Origin: Auanema rhodensis
Taxonomy: Eukaryota > Animalia > Nematoda
DNA: 64,000 nucleotides
Reading direction: 5' to 3'
Assembly: GCA_964057225.1 (NCBI GenBank)
Contig: OZ059895.1
Coordinates: 14,818,001 to 14,882,000 of the forward strand
Both the position numbers and the translations under genes were made by a program. Below, piece by piece: positions 13,175 through 23,099 of this stretch (position 1 is its first letter; the number at the start of each line of letters is the position of its first letter). The notes beneath the pieces were generated by a model. It saw nothing but the letters and a program-made list of their open reading frames with translations, searched no databases and had not been told where the DNA came from.

Positions 13175-14278
13175 TCAACTTGGATATGCAGGGAATCGTA
13201 CTTTGCAGAGCGGAGGGGGATGACTGAATTCCAATCCTTTAAATTCGCAAGAAGAACAGAATTTTTTAGTGCCTAGACGGCATCGAGAACCTTTTAACGG
13301 GTGAACTCTGAGACATTCCACGCATATGTTGAGAGATCTACAACGTCTCATGCGATCAACTGCAGTTTTGTAAGTAGGACAGCTGAACATCAGATGGTCG
13401 TTTTGAAGACAGAATTTGCAGGGTGTTCTCATCAGACGGCCAGTAGACCTGTTCACCAATGGCTCTATTTCGTCCAATAGATCCTCGACCATTCCATACA
13501 GTCTTAGCTCCACACGAGACCGTCTTGTATTTTTTTCATTTTTCAGTCGTCTTCTGAGAAAAATTTTGTCCAATATTCGGGCAAAGATTGGATCACAACT
13601 ATATTGCTCTTGGTCTAATTCAGAGAGACGAGTGATAATGCAATTGGAACGGGTTTTCAATTGAGGCAATAACCTCAAGCGCATATCTTTTGCTATACCA
13701 TCGAGATCAGTGATCATTTTCTGGATTTTCTGAGTGTGCTTGGTCTTTAGAGCTGTCATGGATAGTACATCAGCTAGCTTGCTAATGTCATCCTCTTGAA
13801 TATTGCTAATAGGCATAGTAAGTATTTCAGTTGATTCAACAAGTTCTTTCATTTCACTGCTGACACTAAAAATACTTTGTGAATCGAAAAAGGATGAAGT
13901 ATTACCTGTCGATTCATTCTCCTTGCGATATAAAGCTATGCGAGTGAGGACTTCTTTCAACTCATCGACCTCGTCACTTGCGGGTTTGAAGTCAAACGGA
14001 AAATCATAAGATTGCAGTAGTTTAACAATTCTTTTCATATTTCTAGTTTCATCCATAATCAGTTCTCCACATGGAAATATGTCGATATAAGCACATATGG
14101 CTGCATTACGTTTCACAACAATGAATTGTATCCGATCCTCTCGGTCAGTCGGAAAGTCAAAACGGTGCTCCCATTCTTCTGTCGATTCCAGTACAGAGCA
14201 GCACACAACATAAGCTTCGCGAAGTGCAGAGTGATGATAAAGAATAACATCAGCCAGATAATCAGCAGAAATAGTCAT
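13175..14278 (-). CDS. Intronless 367-aa ORF with three C-terminal CCHC zinc knuckles, BEL/Pao Gag-like
   Basis: CKFCLQNDHLMFSC (CX2CX4HX4C), CVECLRVHPLKGSRC, CSSCEFKGLEFSHPPPLC; longest ORF in the window; no introns; no pol or LTR seen nearby. Confidence 0.7.
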   Translation of the reverse strand: MTISADYLADVILYHHSALREAYVVCCSVLESTEEWEHRFDFPTDREDRIQFIVVKRNAAICAYIDIFPCGELIMDETRNMKRIVKLLQSYDFPFDFKPASDEVDELKEVLTRIALYRKENESTGNTSSFFDSQSIFSVSSEMKELVESTEILTMPISNIQEDDISKLADVLSMTALKTKHTQKIQKMITDLDGIAKDMRLRLLPQLKTRSNCIITRLSELDQEQYSCDPIFARILDKIFLRRRLKNEKNTRRSRVELRLYGMVEDLLDEIEPLVNRSTGRLMRTPCKFCLQNDHLMFSCPTYKTAVDRMRRCRSLNICVECLRVHPLKGSRCRLGTKKFCSSCEFKGLEFSHPPPLCKVRFPAYPS

Positions 14279-15088
14279 TATGTACTTTAGGTAGAAGAAT
14301 AATAGAGGGCCAACAACGAATTTAAGGAGAATAGAAGCTTATTGACAGTGTTATCGCCAACAAAGAAGTTTTAAATTTGTGTATGTTAAGCGGTATTTAA
14401 GTACATTCAGAAAGATGAAAATCGATAAATATTTAATGTTTCAGTTGTTTAAAGTTTGATCTAAGGTTATGTTTAAATTATATAAGAAATATCTGAAATT
14501 TAACGATAAACTGCTTGATAAGACTCAAGCAATGTTTTATTTTGTGTGGGAGTACCAGATTGTATTCTTATAAATATGTTGTCTATTATCTATTTTATAT
14601 AGCTGTCGTGTGATCGGTAATTTTAAAAGAACGAATCATCTTTACAAATAAACTACATGATTTCTCAGAATAAAGAAATTACTGTGTAATCTTGAGCTAA
14701 AACGTTTATGATGAACATCTATTCTTTTACTTTCTTTTAAATTCTTTCCTTTAGATTTTTTTTTTACTTTTCTTTAAATTTTTGTTCAAGCAATATACTT
14801 TTAATATTTTATATTCATTACTGTAGTTTAAAAGCGAGTCATGTTAATTTTCAAATTAATAATTGGCGCCAAATGAACAGCATGTTCATTTTTATTGTTT
14901 CAGAAGAGATGAGCGGTTCTTGTATTTTGTTACTTTTCTTTGGGTTGTTCACAATTCAATGTTGATTTCAATTTGTATTCAACCTGTTGGGAGAGGTATT
15001 CACAAATCTAGGCTGCTTTCTGGTTCAGGCTCATATGCAATAGTCATTGTCTAGTGTTGAGAGGCAATCTCTATGTTGGTTAGAGGAA

Positions 15089-15153
15089 GACACAGCACCC
15101 CAATGGGATACGGCACTTCGATTAACGGCACTGGGAGGTGACACTGCATCTTC
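15089..15153 (+). promoter_or_regulatory. Conserved ~65 bp upstream element of SL1 genes (putative PSE/SNAPc promoter), present before all 10 copies
   Basis: Consensus GACACAGCACCCCAATGGGATACGGCGCCCACATTGAAGGCACTGGGAGGTGACACTGCATCTTC at constant distance from +1 while further-upstream spacers differ; position fits nematode snRNA/SL promoters. Confidence 0.65.
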
Positions 15154-15247
15154 GGTTTAATTACCCAAGTTTGAGGTACTTTCCTGATTCAACCAGAATA
15201 ATTCTGTGTTCGAATTAAATTTTGGAACGCTCTCCATTGGAGAGCAA
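15154..15247 (+). ncRNA. sls-1: SL1 spliced-leader RNA, copy 1
   Basis: Exact 22-nt SL1 GGTTTAATTACCCAAGTTTGAG + GT donor, stem II, Sm site AATTTTGG, terminal hairpin GCTCTCC-ATT-GGAGAGC. Confidence 0.97.
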
Positions 15248-15530
15248 CATGAATCGAAAATCGTTAGATGAATCAAATTCCTTTGGTTTTAAAAATTGAA
15301 AATCAAAGAGGGTGATAATAAGTTTGGGAATTGTAGTTGACATGAGCGGTTGTATTCAGGCTGTATGAAAGGTTGTTCTCAAATCTAAGCTCGATGTAGC
15401 CTACGCGTGTGCATGACCCATGGTGTCAAGTCAAGAGAGACGGTCTTTATCAAGTTTGGGGGAGAGACACAGCACCCCAATGGGATACGGCGCCCACATT
15501 GAAGGCACTGGGAGGTGACACTCCATCTTC

Positions 15531-15624
15531 GGTTTAATTACCCAAGTTTGAGGTACTTTCCTGATTCAACCAGATTAATTCTGTGTTCGAATTAAATTTT
15601 GGAACGCTCTCCACCGGAGAGCAA
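15531..15624 (+). ncRNA. sls-1: SL1 RNA, copy 2
   Basis: Same architecture; terminal loop ACC. Confidence 0.97.
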
Positions 15625-15908
15625 CAAGAATCGAAAATCTTTGAATGAATCAAGTTCTTTGGATTTTTAAAATTGAAAAATCAATGAGAACTATAATCAT
15701 TTTAGGAATTGTAGTTAAGATGAGCGGTTGTATTCCGGCTGTATGAAAGGTTGTTCTCAAATCTAAGCTCGATGTAGCCTACGCGTGTGCATGACCCATG
15801 GTGTCAAGTCAAGAGAGACGGTCTTTATCAAGTTTGGGGGAGAGACACAGCACGTCTATGTGATACGACACGTGCATTGATGCCCCTGGGGGGTGACAGT
15901 GCTTCATC

Positions 15909-16002
15909 GGTTTAATTACCCAAGTTTGAGGTACTTTCCTGATTCAACCAGAAACATTCTGTGTTCGAATTAAATTTTGGAACGCTCTCCACTGGAGAGC
16001 AA
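15909..16002 (+). ncRNA. sls-1: SL1 RNA, copy 3 (variant upstream element)
   Basis: Same architecture; stem II loop ACA, terminal loop ACT. Confidence 0.96.
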
Positions 16003-16398
16003 CATGAATCGAAAATCTTTAACAATATACTTAATTTTTTAAAATTCAAAATTGGCGCCAAATATGCAAAACATTAATTTTTGATGTTTTAAAAGAGGTG
16101 ATCGGTTGTATTCAGGCTGTATGAGAGGTTGTTCACAAACCTAAGTTCTAAGTAGCTCAGGCTCATATAATTTAAGAAGATAGCTGTTTATTCCTAAAAT
16201 TTCAGTAGAAAAGAGCGGTTATACACAGGCTCTATGGGAAATTGTCACAAATCTAGGCTGCTTTCTTGTTCAGGCTCTTACCCAGTACTCATTGTCTCGT
16301 GAAGAAAGGCAATCTCTATGTGGGTTAGAGGAAGACATAGCACCCCAATGGGATACGGCGCCTACATTGACGGCACTGGGAGGTGACACTGCAACTTC

Positions 16399-16492
16399 GG
16401 TTTAATTACCCAAGTTTGAGGTACTTTCCTGATTCAACCAGAATAATTCTGTGTTCGAATTAAATTTTGGAACGCTCTCCACCGGAGAGCAA
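16399..16492 (+). ncRNA. sls-1: SL1 RNA, copy 4
   Basis: Same architecture; terminal loop ACC. Confidence 0.97.
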
Positions 16493-17171
16493 CAAGAATC
16501 GAAAATCTTTAACAGTATACTCAATTTTTCAAAATTCAAAATTGGCGCCAAATATGCAAAACATTCATTTTTGATGTTTTAAAAGAGGTGATCGGTTGTA
16601 TTCAGGCTGTATGAGAGGTTGTTCATAAATCTACGTTGCTTCTTGTTTGTAGTCAGATTGTATGGAAAGTATATAAGATTTTCGCAAATCTGTTTGTTAA
16701 CGTTTGTAAATATGAATTGATATTCCTTGTCAATTCCAAAAATTAAGATTTGTTGCCGGAAGAATATTTTTGTTTCGACAGATTGGTTAGTTTGATTATT
16801 GCAAGTTTTTTTTAATATCCTTATGAAATTGATGTTGTAAAGTCACACAATTTGATAAATTTTCATTAATTCTAAAGTTAATATATTCAAGTAATTCCTA
16901 AGTTAAATATAAAAATAGTTCTATATGAAATTAACAGAGTTCATCTAATTTCAAAAATTAGTTCTGATGGTATTTGCCATGTATAGGTAAATATCTTGAT
17001 AAGCAAAACAACAAGTCTTTGCATTCAACATACCATCATTTTAGTTGTCAACTGTGTCTTCGGTAATAATTCGAACAACTTCTCAGTTGTTGGATAATCC
17101 TTAGCATATCCAAGCATATTCCACTCAACTTGGCATCATTTAAAGTTTAGAAGTATGAGCTGTCGATATTT

Positions 17172-18337
17172 CTAAATATTATAAATTATTTGATTGATTT
17201 TTTTTTTAATACTCGGTTTAGCATTCATGAAGAATCCAAATAGAACTCTTCTATATTCTTTGTGTCCAAACAGTACTGTTGCTATATTAGCTATGCCATG
17301 GCAAGAATATGCTAGCAATCCAATAGATCCAATAAGTTTCGAATCAATAAGTACAGCGGATATGAGTGGAACAGACATTAGCAAGGCTGGAACAGTAATC
17401 TGAAGATACATATCGTATGTTATAAAGTTGAAAATTTTAACCGACTTGAAGAAACAGTGCCCATACTAGAGATTTTTGAAGTTTTCGAGTTCGTGCTGAT
17501 AAGTTAGTGGTAGATGAGTACAGCGTTCGTAAACAAACAGCAAATATAAATATCCATAATGCGAAGAGAGCCGTTACACCTATGATATAACTAACAGCTA
17601 GAAACATTTTTTGATTATTAGTTATTATAATAACATCATTATTCATGAGTAAAGGACCATAATTATGCTTACATATGTTATTTTCCTAGAAATACTATAT
17701 GAGAATGTTCAACAACAGATTAAAACTTTTAATTGAATGTAAATAGTTTGAAAAGCAGTTGAAGTTACCATATAAACATAAGCACAAAATATTAACCAAA
17801 AGCTATGTACAACTGCTACTGTCATATAATGACCAAATTTATTGAAATATAATGGATGTGAGTGTGTGATAATAGCTCTGGTTCGAAATATTAACATATG
17901 AGTATACATACTAACAACTTCTATAATGATTCTTATAACTTAAGAGCAACTTGAGCATATTTCATATACCTAAAGACAAGCTTGTTCCCACATAGAAAAG
18001 ATAAATTATAGGAACTTTCAAGCGAGAAGCTAAACCCATCTGACGAAATCCAGTTATAGCTGGATATACATCTAAAGACAAACAAACTCCAATGACAAAA
18101 TCTTGGAGTATAAAGCTTAAAATCATGATTATATGGATTTTAAAAGGAATAATTTGTATAATAAACTAACCATATGAGATGACAAATTAAAAACTTTTTG
18201 TAAGAAGATAATAGAGATGGTGAATAGTAAATTATTATATATAATGATAACATAGATAAAAGAAAGTTTATGGAAAATATTAAATATTGTAAAAATACAT
18301 ATAGGTTCGCATTTCCCATTTCCAATGATATACACAT
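17172..18337 (-). CDS. Serpentine 7TM chemoreceptor, Srh/Sri-like
   Basis: Hydrophobic exons; SPSLLSSYKKFLICHLIW, NLSARTRKLQKSLVWALFLQ/ITVP and TM7 SCHGIANIATVLFGHKEYRR, typical of the Str superfamily (Srh). Confidence 0.82.
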
Positions 18338-19074
18338 AGTTAACAAAAAATGATGAAATAATCAATCAAAATTTAAAATAAGCAAAAACATATGATTGAT
18401 TTTGAATTTCAAGTATTACAAATTTCATCCTTCACGTATTTTTTTCGTATTCATTTTTTGGGCGGAAAAATCAACATTTATGCAAATGTGAAACTTGACA
18501 TACTATTTTTGTTTTTTTGATAAGCTTCAATTATGAATTACAAAAAAGATAACGGGAATTATCACATAATATATAATGCATTTATCAAATATTTTTGTTT
18601 CAATAACATACTAATCATATTAATATATAAGACTGGTACAAAATTTTTCATAACCTCAACAACAACTCTATAATAATACTAATCGTATGTTAATCTATTT
18701 TTAATGAAACGCGTACATTTAAACTGATTGTACAAGAAGTTAAGAAGATTTCACAATGAGATTCATTGGATTTCCAAATTTCAAATATGTGAATCATTTT
18801 TGCAATATAGTGTTCTAGTGATAGCGAACATCATTATAGTTATTCAAATGATAAATGAAAATATTAAAGAAACAAAATAGAAATAATCGTTTAATTCTCG
18901 AAAATGGAAATTTTAATATTTCTTTTGTGTTTTTTTTTGGATAAAAGAATAACAACTACAGTGCATGTACTTATGTGTGTTACTATTTCTTGTATTTAAG
19001 ACGAATATTTTGCGTTATCGATAGACATATCACATCTTTAATTTGAATTTCATATCAAAAATAATATTTTAGAT

Positions 19075-19432
19075 ATGAAATCTGTTATTCTTACTGTTTT
19101 TCTTATTGGCTATGCTATTGCTATTGATACAACCACCATAGAACCTAAGCGTAAGTTTACGCAGTTTTCAACTTATGAATTTTGGTATTCAAGCTGTTTG
19201 CTCTGGGAAAAACACTGAGTGGAGAGAATGTACCAACCTTTGTGGAAAACAACGTTGTGAAGATCTCAAGAGTGTAAGTTAAAAAAATATATCATTGATA
19301 GTGCGATGACAATAGAATGTCGGTTGTTTCTCCCTTCGTTGTGGCCCACCTGCATGTGTTTGTAAAGATGGATACGTTTTCGCTTCCAATGATGCTTCTG
19401 AAGGATGTGTACCTAGAGAAACATGCTTGTAA
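19075..19432 (+). CDS. TIL-domain (trypsin-inhibitor-like) secreted peptide, copy A, 3 exons
   Basis: MKSVILTVFLIGYAIA signal; CSGKNTEWRECTNLCGKQRCEDLKS/NVGCFSLRCGPPACVCKDGYVFASNDASEGCVPRETCL*, the 10-Cys TIL pattern. Confidence 0.9.
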
Positions 19433-19707
19433 TAATATGCAATATAACTATATTTTAATTTTAATTTTCGGCGATTGGTTAGACAGAAGAACAGAAATCC
19501 TCAATAAAATGCTCACTTCGATTATAAAACAATTTAAAATTAAGAGTTCTGATGTTTATATTTAAAATGTGAAAATAAAGATTTTAACATAGCACTAGCA
19601 CTGTCTGGTAAAGAGACGCAATCTCTATGTGCGTTAGAGGCAACCACAGCACCCCAATGGGATACGGCGCCCACATTGAAGGCACTGGGAGGTGACACTG
19701 CATCTTT

Positions 19708-19801
19708 GGTTTAATTACCCAAGTTTGAGGTACTTTCCTGATTCAACCAGAATAATTCTGTGTTCAATTTAAATTTTGGAACGCTCTCCATTGGAGAGCA
19801 A
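19708..19801 (+). ncRNA. sls-1: SL1 RNA, copy 5
   Basis: Exact SL1 exon, GT donor, Sm site, 3' hairpin. Confidence 0.96.
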
Positions 19802-20084
19802 CATGAATCGAAAATCTATAGATAAAGCAGTTCGTTTGATTTTTAAAATTGAAAAATCAATGAGAACTATAATCATTTTAGGAATTGTAGTTGAGATGAG
19901 CGGTTGTATTCCGGCTGTATGAAAGGTTGTTCTCAAATCTAAGCTCGATGTAGCCTACGCGTGTGCATGACCCATGGTGTCAAGTCAAGAGAGACGGTCT
20001 TTATCAAGTTTGGGGGAGAGACACAGCACCCCAATGGGATACGGCGCCCACATTGAACGCACTGGGAGGTGACACTGCATCTTC

Positions 20085-20178
20085 GGTTTAATTACCCAAG
20101 TTTGAGGTACTTTCCTGATTCAACCAGAATAATTCTGTGTTCGAATTAAATTTTGGAACGCTCTCCATTGGAGAGCAA
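20085..20178 (+). ncRNA. sls-1: SL1 RNA, copy 6
   Basis: Exact SL1 exon, GT donor, Sm site, 3' hairpin. Confidence 0.97.
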
Positions 20179-20569
20179 CATGAATCGAAAATCTATAGAT
20201 AAATCAGTTCGTTTGATTTTTAAAATTGAAAAATCAATGAGAACGATAATCATTTTAGGAATTGTAGTTGAGATGAGCGGTTGTATTCAGGCTGAAAGGT
20301 TGTTCTCAAATTTAAGTTCTAAGTAGCTCAGGCTCATATAATTTAAGAAGATAGCTGTTCATTTCTAAAATTTCAGTAGAAAAAAGCGGTTATACACAGG
20401 CTCTATGGGGAAATTGTCACAAATCTAGGCTGCTTTCTTGTTCAGGCTCTTATGCAGTAGTCATTGTCTGGTGAAGAGAGCAATCTCTATGTGGGTTAGA
20501 GGCAGACACAGCACCCCAATGGGATACGGCGCCCACATTGAAGGCACTGGGAGGTGACACTGCATCTTC

Positions 20570-20663
20570 GGTTTAATTACCCAAGTTTGAGGTACTTTCC
20601 TGATTCAACCAGAATAATTCTGTGTTCGAATTAAATTTTGGAACGCTCTCCACTGGAGAGCAA
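20570..20663 (+). ncRNA. sls-1: SL1 RNA, copy 7
   Basis: Exact SL1 exon, GT donor, Sm site, 3' hairpin. Confidence 0.97.
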
Positions 20664-21053
20664 CATGAATCAAATGTCTTTAGATAAATCAGTTCGTTTG
20701 ATTTTTAAAATTGAAAAATCAATGAGAACTATAATCATTTTAGGAATTGTAGTTGAGATGAGCGGTTGTATTCAGGCTGAAAGGTTGTTCTCAAATTTAA
20801 GTTCTAAGTAGCTCAGGCTCATATAATTTAAGAAGATAGCTGTTTATTTCTAAAATTTCAGTAGAAAAGAGCGGTTATACACAGGCTCTATGGGAAATTG
20901 TCACAAATCTAGGCTGCTTTCTTGTTCAGGCTCTTATGCAGTAGTCATTGTCTGGTGAAGAGAGCAATCTCTATGTGGGTTAGAGGCAGACACAGCACCC
21001 CAATGGGATACGGCGCCCACATTGAAGGCACTGGGAGGTGACACTGCATCTTT

Positions 21054-21147
21054 GGTTTAATTACCCAAGTTTGAGGTACTTTCCTGATTCAACCAGAATA
21101 ATTCTGTGTTCAATTTAAATTTTGGAACGCTCTCCATTGGAGAGCAA
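21054..21147 (+). ncRNA. sls-1: SL1 RNA, copy 8
   Basis: Exact SL1 exon, GT donor, Sm site, 3' hairpin. Confidence 0.96.
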
Positions 21148-21537
21148 CATGAATCGAAAATCTATAGATAAAGCAGTTCGTTTGATTTTTAAAATTGAAA
21201 AATCAATGAGAACTATAATCATTTTAGGAATTGTAGTTGAGATGAGCGGTTGTATTCAGGCTGAAAGGTTGTTCTCAAATTTAAGTTCTAAGTAGCTCAG
21301 GCTCATATAATTTAAGAAGATAGCTGTTTATTTCTAAAATTTCAGTAGAAAAGAGCGGTTATACACAGGCTCTATGGGAAATTGTCACAAATCTAGGCTG
21401 CTTTCTTGTTCAGGCTTTTATGCAGTAGTCATTGTCTGGTGAAGAGAGCAATCTCTATGTGGGTTAGAGGCAGACACAGCACCCCAATGGGATACGGCGC
21501 CCACATTGAAGGCACTGGGAGGTGACACTGCATCTTT

Positions 21538-21631
21538 GGTTTAATTACCCAAGTTTGAGGTACTTTCCTGATTCAACCAGAATAATTCTGTGTTCGAATT
21601 AAATTTTGGAACGCTCTCCATTGGAGAGCAA
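21538..21631 (+). ncRNA. sls-1: SL1 RNA, copy 9
   Basis: Exact SL1 exon, GT donor, Sm site, 3' hairpin. Confidence 0.97.
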
Positions 21632-22368
21632 CTTGAATCGAAAATCTTTAACAATATACTTAATTTTTTAAAATTCAAAATTGGCGCCAAATATGCAAAA
21701 CATTCATTTTTGATGTTTCAAAAGAGGTGATCGGTTGTATTCAGGCTGTATGAGAGGTTGTTCACAAACCTAAGTTCTAAGTAGCTCAGGCTCATATAAT
21801 TTAAGAAGATAGCTGTGGCATCAATGCACCTCCTATTCGTTCCGAAATTTATTCGTTCATAGTGAGGAATATTCAAGATAAACATCTTTCTGATTTGGGC
21901 AATTTCAAATTTTTAAAATGAACTCTGTTAATTTCATATAGAACTATTTCTATATTTAACTTAGGAATTACTTGAATATATTAACTTTAGAATTAATGAA
22001 AATTTATCAAATTATGTGACTTTACAACATCTATTTCATAAGGATATTAAAAAAAACTTGCAATAATCAAACTAACCAATCTGTCGAAACAACATATTCT
22101 TCCGGCAACAAATCTTAATTTTTGGAATTGACAAGGAATATCAATTCATATTTACAAACGTTAACAAACAGATTTGCGAAAATCTTATATACTTTCCATA
22201 CAATCTGACTACAAACAAGAAGCAACGTAGATTTATGAACAACCTCTCATACAGCCTCAATACAACCGATCACCTCTTTTAAAACATCAAAAATGAATGT
22301 TTTGCATATTTGGCGCCAATTTTGAATTTTGAAAAATAAAGTCTACTGTTAAAGAATTTCGATTCATG

Positions 22369-22462
22369 TTGCTCTCCAATGGAGAGCGTTCCAAAATTTA
22401 ATTCGAACACAGAATTATTCTGGTTGAATCAGGAAAGTACCTCAAACTTGGGTAATTAAACC
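22369..22462 (-). ncRNA. sls-1: SL1 RNA, copy 10 (inverted)
   Basis: ctcaaacttgggtaattaaacc at 22441-22462 is the reverse complement of SL1; rest of RNA intact. Confidence 0.97.
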
Positions 22463-22741
22463 GAAGATTCAGTGTCACCTCCCAGTGGCATCAATGCACG
22501 TGTCGTATCCCATTGGGGTGCTGTGTCTGCCTCTAACGCACATAGAGATTGCGTCTCTTTACCAGACAGTGCTAGTGCTATGTTAAAATCTTTATTTTCA
22601 CATTTTAAATATAAACATCAGAACTCTTAATTTTAAATTGTTTTATAATCGAAGTGAGCGTCTGATTGTGGATTTCTGTGCTTCTTTTAATTTATCCAAT
22701 CGTCTAAAATTAAAATTAAAATATAGTTATATTGCATATTA

Positions 22742-23099
22742 TTACAAGCAAGTTTCTCTTCGTACACAACCTTCGGAAGCCTCATTAGAAAGGAAAACGT
22801 GCCCTTCTTTACATACACATGCAGGTGGGCCACAACGAAGGGAGAAACAACCGCCAACCTATTATCATTCAACTATTAACCATATATTTCAATAACTTAC
22901 ATTTTTAAAGTTGTCACAACGTTTTTCTCCACAAAGGTTGCTACATTCTCTCCACTCAGTGTTTTTTCCAGAGCAAACAGCTTGAATACCAAAATTCATA
23001 AGTTGAAAACTGCGTAAACTTACGCTTAGGTTCTATGGTGGTTGTATCAATAGCAATAGCATAGCCAATAAGAAAAACAGTAAGAATAACAGATTTCAT
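22742..23099 (-). CDS. TIL-domain secreted peptide, copy B (inverted paralog)
   Basis: Same exon 1; CSGKNTEWRECSNLCGEKRCDNFKN/VGGCFSLRCGPPACVCKEGHVFLSNEASEGCVREETCL*. Confidence 0.9.

Larger units (their letters stand above)
14860..16640 (+). repeat. SL1 tandem array block 1 (4 units; start-to-start 377, 378, 490 bp)
   Basis: Near-identical repeats each containing an upstream conserved element and an SL1 RNA. Confidence 0.93.
19600..21816 (+). repeat. SL1 tandem array block 2 (5 units; start-to-start 377, 485, 484, 484 bp)
   Basis: Near-identical units; ends abruptly within a spacer at ~21816. Confidence 0.93.

Noticed and set aside
13175-14278. ORF as an SL1-targeting NeSL non-LTR retrotransposon
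   Set aside because: No RT or restriction-like endonuclease motifs, and no SL1 copy is interrupted.
14860-22530. Repeat array as CRISPR or plain satellite
   Set aside because: Eukaryotic context, spacers are near-identical rather than unique, no cas genes, and each unit holds a complete SL1 RNA gene.
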